Below, piece by piece: positions 25,968-32,900 of a stretch of 45,797 bases of DNA. A program made the position numbers and the translations under genes. The notes under the pieces are model-generated. The model saw only the letters and a list, made by a program, of their open reading frames with translations. It did not search any database and was not told where the DNA came from. The number at the start of each line of letters is the position of its first letter. Positions within the stretch are counted from its first letter, which is position 1. This DNA is from Candidatus Pacearchaeota archaeon RBG_13_36_9 (lineage in GTDB: Archaea > Nanobdellota > Nanobdellia > Pacearchaeales > GW2011-AR1), in contig MFWN01000024.1 of NCBI GenBank assembly GCA_001786395.1, forward strand, positions 27,697 through 73,493, in the 5' to 3' direction.

Positions 25968-27932
25968 TTAAGACTTTCCTCCTTTCAATTGTTTTTTCTT
26001 TATAATTTCTTTTATTTGTGAATCAAATTTTGCAAAGGGGTCGGGGTAATTTCTGTTTTCAATTTTTTTGCTGCTTATATCTTCTGCTTTGCGTTTAATT
26101 GGAAGAGTGAAAGTAAAAGTTGTCCCTTTTCCTTGGATGCTTTTAACTTTTATTGTCCCTCCATGCGCTTCGACTAATTGTTTGGTTATTGATAATCCAA
26201 GGCCAGTTCCCCCATATCTTCTTGAAACCGAAGCATCTACTTGATAGAACTTTTGAAATAAATTTTTTATTTTTTCTTCTGGAATTCCTAATCCCGTATC
26301 TGAAATATCTACTTCAATAAATTCTCCACTTTGCTTTGCTTTGATAGTTATACTTCCTTGGTCTGTAAATTTTATTGCATTAGTAATAAGGTTATTTAAG
26401 ATTTCTTTTATTCTTGAATCGTCAACTTCTATTATCTGGAGTTTTTCTATTTTTGTAATTATTTTGAGGCCTTTTTGATTTGCAAGGATTTGTAATTCAT
26501 CAACTACATTTTTAATTAATTTTTCTAAATCTACTCTTACTCTTGTCAGTTCAAATTTTCCAGAATCCATTCTGGCTATTTCCAGAATATTTGAAATAAG
26601 CATTTTCAGGTTATTTGCGTTTCTTCTTATTGCTTCAAGGCTGTTTAACTCTTCTTTTGTCAAGTTCTTTTTCATGTCATCTAAAACATCCAGATGGGCA
26701 ATTATTGCAGTAAGGGGGGTTTTTAATTCATGAGATACTACATTTAAGAATTCGGATTTGGATTTGTCAAGCTCTTTTAACTCTTCATTTGCTTTTGATA
26801 TGTCTTCCATCATGTTTAAAATAGCTATTTTTGTGTTGCTGATGTCTTTTGTTTTTTTATTTACTTCTCTTTCCAGAGCCTCTCCTTTTTCTTTTTCAGA
26901 TTCTAGGAGCTTTTGCTGGTATTTTTCCAAGTTTTGTGCCATTAGTTCAATCGAGCTTATTAGTTCTTTAATCTCCCCTTTTGCATTTATGCCTATCTTT
27001 TTATTTAAGTTTCCTTTTCCAATTTCTTTTGTGATACTTACTAGTTCAGAAAGTGGGCGGGTAATGTTTTTAGATAAAATTCTGTTGAATATAAAAATAG
27101 TTAAAATAAAAAGGAGGCCCGTGGACCAGATTAAAATCAGAAAAATATTTAGGGTGTTTATTCCTTCTTTGTAAATTTCTCTTGGGAGTGTTGTTTCAAC
27201 AACAACTGCTGGATTTTCTTCTATATCTTTTATTAGGAAATATGTCTGTATCTCTGTCTTATTTTTTTCGAGATATTCTATGTTAGATTTTAGCGCCTCT
27301 TTTGCTTCGGGATTTTTGAATTGCTCGTAGGAAATCATATTTATCTTAACCCAAACTAAACTTTCCAGTTCTTTTATTTTCTCTTCATTTAGCTTGTACC
27401 CTATGGTTAAAAATCCTGCGGAGGGGCCTTCCTTATTGCTTCTTAATATGGGTTGGGAAGAAATAATCAAAAAATAATTTTCTAGAACTTTTAACCCAGT
27501 TACATTTGTTGTTTCAAATTTTTCATAATTATTGGATAGGTATTCTTTTATGCCTTTTACTTCAGATTCCGCTAGTTCTGCGCGGTTTATAAAATAAAAT
27601 ATGTCCCCCGATGTATTTGTAAAAGACATAAATTCAATATTTAGATTAGCCAGTGTTTCATCGTTTAAATTTGAGACTATGTAACCAGGATATTCATTTT
27701 GTATGAATAAATAAGTGTCATCCCAGTCTGCCCAATCTACAGAACTAGACCTCACTATTTCAAATTCTTTGTTAATAGCTTCTTGGACTCTTTTGCAGTT
27801 AATATTTGCATTTTCATTTTCTAATTTCGAAAAGCTTTTGTTTATTGTAAAGTAGGAGAACAAGGAAATTATAATTAACATGATGAGAGTTATGGAAATG
27901 TTTATTGCAATCATCTTGTTTTGGAGGTTCAT
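25968..27932 (-). CDS. Membrane sensor histidine kinase: TM-CHASE4-TM-HAMP-coiled coil-HisKA-HATPase
   Basis: CHASE4 hallmarks are VDWADWDDTYLFIQ and SSQPILRSNKEGPSAGFLTIGYKL. HAMP reads ITRPLSELVSITKEIGKGNL. The H-box is FLNVVSHELKTPLTAI, and the N/G boxes are NLITNAIKF, DTGLGIP and GGTGLGLSI. Confidence 0.9.
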   Translation of the reverse strand: MNLQNKMIAINISITLIMLIIISLFSYFTINKSFSKLENENANINCKRVQEAINKEFEIVRSSSVDWADWDDTYLFIQNEYPGYIVSNLNDETLANLNIEFMSFTNTSGDIFYFINRAELAESEVKGIKEYLSNNYEKFETTNVTGLKVLENYFLIISSQPILRSNKEGPSAGFLTIGYKLNEEKIKELESLVWVKINMISYEQFKNPEAKEALKSNIEYLEKNKTEIQTYFLIKDIEENPAVVVETTLPREIYKEGINTLNIFLILIWSTGLLFILTIFIFNRILSKNITRPLSELVSITKEIGKGNLNKKIGINAKGEIKELISSIELMAQNLEKYQQKLLESEKEKGEALEREVNKKTKDISNTKIAILNMMEDISKANEELKELDKSKSEFLNVVSHELKTPLTAIIAHLDVLDDMKKNLTKEELNSLEAIRRNANNLKMLISNILEIARMDSGKFELTRVRVDLEKLIKNVVDELQILANQKGLKIITKIEKLQIIEVDDSRIKEILNNLITNAIKFTDQGSITIKAKQSGEFIEVDISDTGLGIPEEKIKNLFQKFYQVDASVSRRYGGTGLGLSITKQLVEAHGGTIKVKSIQGKGTTFTFTLPIKRKAEDISSKKIENRNYPDPFAKFDSQIKEIIKKKQLKGGKS

Positions 27933-27933
27933 C

Positions 27934-29259
27934 TTAATCTATTTGGTATCTCTTGGGCTGGCCTCGTTGATTTAGCAATTCATTTATTTCTTTTTTTAAT
28001 TCAACCATTTTAAGCTCTCTTCCTACTGCAAACTGGTTAAATTTTTCAAGCTCTTCTGCCCTTTCTTTTAACTCTTCTTCTGCTTTCTTGCGCTCGGTGA
28101 TATCCCAGAAAATGCCTAATATGCCAATAACGTTGCCTTTTTCATCCTTGACAGGGGTTTTTATCGTATGGACAAATACCTTTTTCTCATCTTGTATATA
28201 CCCCTCTTCTATATCTTCCATCTTGTCTGTTTCCATAAGTCTCTTATCATCTGCTCTATATTTTTCAGCTAATTCTTTAGGAAAAAAATCAAAATCTGTT
28301 TTTCCGGTAATTTCTTTTGGTTTAATTTTCAGGTCTTTAGCATAATTTTCATTGCAAGATATATAAACTAAGTTGCTATCCTTTAAGAAAATTTTCTGCG
28401 GAATATTTTCAACCAATAATCTGTATTTTTCTTCGCTTTCTTTTAATTCTTTTTCTGCTTTCTTTCTTTCTGTTATATCTCTAAAGAAGCCCAACATTAT
28501 CTTTTTACCTCTAATCATCACCTGGCTGCTGGTTATATCACAATAAATTACTTTTCCATCTTTTCTTAATACTGGAAGATTTTCTGCAGTTGTTATCTTT
28601 CCTTCCCGCTGTTCTTTAAATTTCTCTATCACTAAGGGTAGGTCTTTTTTTGGATGGATTCCCGTAATGCCCAGTTCCAGGATCTCTTTTTCAGAATATT
28701 TAAGCATTTCCTGGATTTTTTTATTTGCAGAGATAAAGTTCTTCTTCTCTGCATCTGCCACAATAATTCCTTCTGCAGCCTCATCAAATATCACCTTGTA
28801 TTTTTCTTCGCTTTCTTTTAATTCTTTTTCTGCTTTTTTTCTTTCTGTTATATCTTCTCCGGAGCTTATTGTTCCGGTTATTTTGCCTTTATCATCTTTT
28901 AACAGGGTGCTATGCCAAGAGATTATTTTTTCTCTTCCTTTTTTTGTCAGGACCAGATTTTCAAAAAATTCTGTGTAGTTTAATTCTCCTTTCATTAATC
29001 TATTAAACACTACGTGGACTTCTTTTCTTTTTTCTTTTGGAATGCAAGCATCAAACCAATTCTTTCCAATTAGCTCTTGTTTTTTATATCCAAGAAGTTC
29101 GCAGCCTTTTTTATTTATTAAAACAATTGTTCCGTTTGAATCAAGAAAAACGATTAAAGAATTAATCAAGTTTAATAATTCTTCAGCTGATTTATTGTAA
29201 ATACCTTCCATCTTCCCTCTTTTTTTATAATCTATTTTTGAAATTTTCAATTTCTGCAA
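27934..29259 (-). CDS. Soluble triple-PAS sensor protein with no kinase domain
   Basis: It has three PAS units, each followed by DITERKKAE(K/E)ELKE.. linkers, and the C-terminal coiled coil VGRELKMVELKKEINELL. Its stop is 1 nt from the kinase start. An alternative start is M17 (nt 29211). Confidence 0.85.
   Translation of the reverse strand: MQKLKISKIDYKKRGKMEGIYNKSAEELLNLINSLIVFLDSNGTIVLINKKGCELLGYKKQELIGKNWFDACIPKEKRKEVHVVFNRLMKGELNYTEFFENLVLTKKGREKIISWHSTLLKDDKGKITGTISSGEDITERKKAEKELKESEEKYKVIFDEAAEGIIVADAEKKNFISANKKIQEMLKYSEKEILELGITGIHPKKDLPLVIEKFKEQREGKITTAENLPVLRKDGKVIYCDITSSQVMIRGKKIMLGFFRDITERKKAEKELKESEEKYRLLVENIPQKIFLKDSNLVYISCNENYAKDLKIKPKEITGKTDFDFFPKELAEKYRADDKRLMETDKMEDIEEGYIQDEKKVFVHTIKTPVKDEKGNVIGILGIFWDITERKKAEEELKERAEELEKFNQFAVGRELKMVELKKEINELLNQRGQPKRYQID
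28422..28480. repeat. Copy 1 of a near-identical ~58-bp repeat (PAS linker coding sequence)
   Basis: tgtatttttcttcgctttcttttaattctttttctgctttctttctttctgttatatct differs from 28798-28856 by essentially one base. Confidence 0.8.
28798..28856. repeat. Copy 2 of the ~58-bp PAS-linker repeat
   Basis: The offset of 376 nt equals one PAS unit. Confidence 0.8.
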
Positions 29260-29779
29260 AAACCGGCTTCGGATTTTCTGTTTTTAGATTATTAATTATC
29301 TCATTGAACAACTGTATTGGGGAATTTTTTATTAAAGAGTTGTGAGAGAAAGTGAAAAGTTCTTTGTTTTCAATAAAATTATGCAGTTCTTTCTTTTTTT
29401 GGGGAGAGTGGAAAAATGAATCCATCTCATCTACATCCCGAAACCCATAGAGCATGGCGTGAGTTAAACTTCCGTGAGGAAGCCTGAACACTTGGATAAT
29501 GTTCGGAGTTTCTAAGAGCTTTTTTTCTGTTTCAAGCTCTCCTTTATCTAATCCTTCTTGCGTTAACTTAGCTAATGCAACTGCAAATGTCTTAATGCCC
29601 AGTTTAGAATAATTAAGATTTACGGTATAAGAGTCAATCAAGTTTTTCTCTAGTTTTCTTCTTATTTTTCCAACTGCCTGGCTTGAAATTTTTAGCTTTT
29701 CTGCTATCAGGGAATCAGAGACTCTCGCATTTTCCAATAAAAACTTTAGAACTTTTTTTTCGTTTTTTGTTAGGTTCAT
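29225..29779 (-). CDS. Lrp/AsnC-family transcription regulator (184 aa)
   Basis: The N-terminal HTH is EKKVLKFLLENARVSDSLIAEKLKISSQAVGKIRRKLEKN and is followed by a RAM-like alpha/beta domain. It is the first gene of cassette B and is divergent from 29964. Confidence 0.7.
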   Translation of the reverse strand: MNLTKNEKKVLKFLLENARVSDSLIAEKLKISSQAVGKIRRKLEKNLIDSYTVNLNYSKLGIKTFAVALAKLTQEGLDKGELETEKKLLETPNIIQVFRLPHGSLTHAMLYGFRDVDEMDSFFHSPQKKKELHNFIENKELFTFSHNSLIKNSPIQLFNEIINNLKTENPKPVFAEIENFKNRL

Positions 29780-29871
29780 TTTCTCTCTTCTTTTCTCACT
29801 TTCAAATATAAATCATTTAATAATTATTAGTTTATAAATTTAACTATATTTTATTAAACCAAAAGAGACTT

Positions 29872-29901
29872 ATAAGTTTAAAGTTTCAACATTAAACTTA
29901 T
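29872..29901. promoter_or_regulatory. Inverted repeat ATAAGTTTAA-n10-TTAAACTTAT in the divergent promoter region
   Basis: The 10-bp arms are perfect. It lies 63 nt upstream of ATG 29964 and ~95 nt upstream of the Lrp ATG. Confidence 0.4.
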
Positions 29902-29963
29902 ATCTTTAACTTAGCTTTCTGTCATCGTTAGAGTTAGGACTTTAAAAAAAAGAGGCAGTAAAA

Positions 29964-32900
29964 ATGAGCAGATTATTTGTTAAAAGGGTTTACAGTCAAA
30001 ATCTTGTTTTAGGAGCAGGTATAGTGTTTCTTCTCAGCATTACTTTCATTTTGCTTATTCTTCCCAAGTTTAATATGTTCGCTGTTCAGTATTCTGATGC
30101 TGAAAAAATATTAATTCCAGAAGTTGGCGCAGAAAAAGAAATTGAATATTATGGATATAAATATTCAAACAGTTCAGGGATTATTGTTTCTGCCCTATCA
30201 GAGATTCATTGTTCCTGGAAAAGCGCAGGGGAAGATGATAGCTGGAAGGAATGTGAAGCTGTTTTTGAAATAGAAGATAGCAATAGGGTAAAAAGCAGGC
30301 TATATTCTCCCAAGGTTGAGCTTAATTTTGCAGATAAAATAAATGTAAAAAATATTGAAATAAGCTATTCTCAAGATTTTGAGATAGAGCGTGAAACTTA
30401 TATCCAATCAGGTGCAGAGGAGACTGCCCAGGAAGTTGGCCGTGGCAAGGAAAGGAAAACAGGCTTATTTTCTGCATCAAATCAGGGAAAGCTTAAAAGG
30501 CCGGTAGAAAGGACTTTAGAAACTGAGAAAAAGGTTTTTCTGAAAGATGAAAAATTAAGCTTCAAAAAGAGAAAATTTACTGATTTTTCAGACTTTTCTG
30601 AATCTGTTACTGAGAATCATAATCTCTCTTTGAGTAGCTCCACAGAGGGAGTTTCCCCTCCTGTAAGGGGGGAGATTTCTGAGCAGAACCTTTCAGGGAG
30701 TTATCAGGAATCAGAAAACAATGGGTCTAATCTAGAGACTAATAATTCTGGTTCAAACGTTTCTGCTCAGAAATCTTTAGAGTCTTCAGATAATTTTTCT
30801 GAAGCTCTTAAGAATTATTCAGAGAATTATGAGGAAGGGTCTCAAGGACACAATCTCCTTTCAGGATTTTCTCTTTTTAGTGATACGGAGTTGAGTACAG
30901 AAGAGCCCTTTGCTGTCAGAGTTAGATTTGAGATTCCTAAATACTCTTCCAACCAGTTTGACTTTAAGATTTATGAGGAAGGATTTGAGGCTTCGATTGA
31001 TCCAGATGTTTCTGGGTGCGGCAGTTTGGACTCTGAAAATGGGGTTTATTTGCTGGAGGAAGACGTTGAAGCGGCACAAATCTGTTTTATCATCTCTGAG
31101 AATAATATTACACTTGATTGTCAGGGGCACAGGATAACCTATTCTTTTTCAGGAGAGGGGTATGGAATATATTCTTCTGCAAATTTTACGACAATAAGAA
31201 ATTGTTTTATTACAGATGGAAATTTTACGGGCAATGGAAGTGCAGTTTACCTTTTAGATTCGGAAAATAGTTTAGTAGAAAATAACACAATTTTAACTTA
31301 TCTAGATTACCTCGAGGGAGTTTATGTTAGCGGAGATTCTAACATTATAACAAATAACAACATTACCACTTATGGCAGATATGCTTATGCTGTTTATTTT
31401 ACAAATTCTTTTAATAATTCAGTCATTAATAATTCTCTGAGAACTTATTATTGGGATTCTTATGGAATCTTTCTTGATTCTAGTTCTGGCAACCAGATAC
31501 GCTGGAACAATGCTACAACTTTTGAAGCAGAGGCTTATGGGATTCGGATGTACAACTCTAGCTACAATCTGGTCAGCTACAATAATATCACTGCAATTGA
31601 AGAGTTAGGATATCCTTTTTATCTTGCATCTGACTCAAATTATAACAATCTATCAAATAATGAGCTTGCAGTTTATGTTAAGGATAACGCTGCAATCTAT
31701 GTTGATTCAGATTATAATTATTTTAAGAGCAATAATCTAACCAGCCATGGAAATGTAGCATTTGGAATACATATCCGGCCAGAGGCAAGCAACAATACTT
31801 TTCAAAATAATCAGATACTTACTTATGGAGATGATAGTTATGGTGTTTATTTTGAATCTGGCTCCAACAATGTCTTTTTAGATAATATTTTTGTTACTCA
31901 TGGTTATTATGGATTTGTTTTTTTGATTTCAGGCTCAAATTTCAACTCTTTTTTTAATAACTCTCTTTTTACATATGGGTTGTGGTCCCCCTGTGTTTTA
32001 ATTGAGGGGCCTTCAAATGGGAATTTATTTTCAGGTATTAGGGCAGTAACAAATAATTCCTTTTCTGAAATATTCTACGCCTATAATTATTATGTTAACT
32101 TTTCAGTCCAGGACAGTTATATCAATGCTTCTTATCCTGCAACAGAAGAAGTTTATTTAGAGTCTTCATTAACTGACAGTGTGTGGAATTTTACTAATGT
32201 AACAACCTTTGATTCTAGGTGGGATATTGCGACCAGCGGAGAGTTGATTGTTTCAAATTATCTTGACATTTTTACAAATTTCACTAATGGCTCTTATGTT
32301 TCTGCAGACATCCTCTTATCAGATAAAAATTTTAACGAGATTTTTTCAGGGCAAACTAATAGAAACGGGAGCTTAAGTAAGATTCTTCTAGATTATATCC
32401 AGAACACCCCCGATAATATTACAGGATATTCTAATTATTCATTAAATGTTTCTCTTGGATGGGAATCTTTCAGTCTATCTCTAAATTTGAGCCAGAGCCA
32501 CTCTTTATTCTTTACTTTTGATTCGGGGCTTTATCAGCAATACAACGAGGAAGTTTATCCTAGAATCAGTTTTATGGATCCTACACCTGCAAATGAGACT
32601 ATACGAAACAGTACTTCTTTCTTTGTAAATGTAACTGCAAATGACTCTGAATCAAATATCTCGATGTTTATGGATTTTGATGGCTCCTTGCTTGGGTGGT
32701 GGAGAATGGACGATATCGGAGAGAGAGGAGAGATTCTTGATTATCTTGGCAGAAATAACGCCGCTGCGCACGGAAACGCAAGACGGTCTTCAGATGGAAA
32801 GCTTGGCAAAAGCTTTATTTTTGAAGGAAATGGAGATTACATTAACCTTGGAAATAGCAGTATCCTTTCTCTCGAGCATAATTTTTCAATTTCTTTTTGG

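Noticed and set aside
25066-27174. Plus-strand ORFs 25066..25461 (131 aa) and 26758..27174 (138 aa)
   Set aside because: They lie entirely antisense to well-supported genes (a KaiC-like protein and the CHASE4 kinase). The Ser/Phe/Leu/Ile-rich composition is typical of the antisense frame of AT-rich Lys/Glu-rich genes.
16035-29779. The duplicated cassettes might be mobile elements or a transposon-borne island
   Set aside because: I found no transposase, integrase, recombinase, terminal inverted repeats or target-site duplications flanking any cassette. The paralogs are diverged (about 35-75% protein identity by eye), so these are old segmental duplications rather than active mobile DNA.
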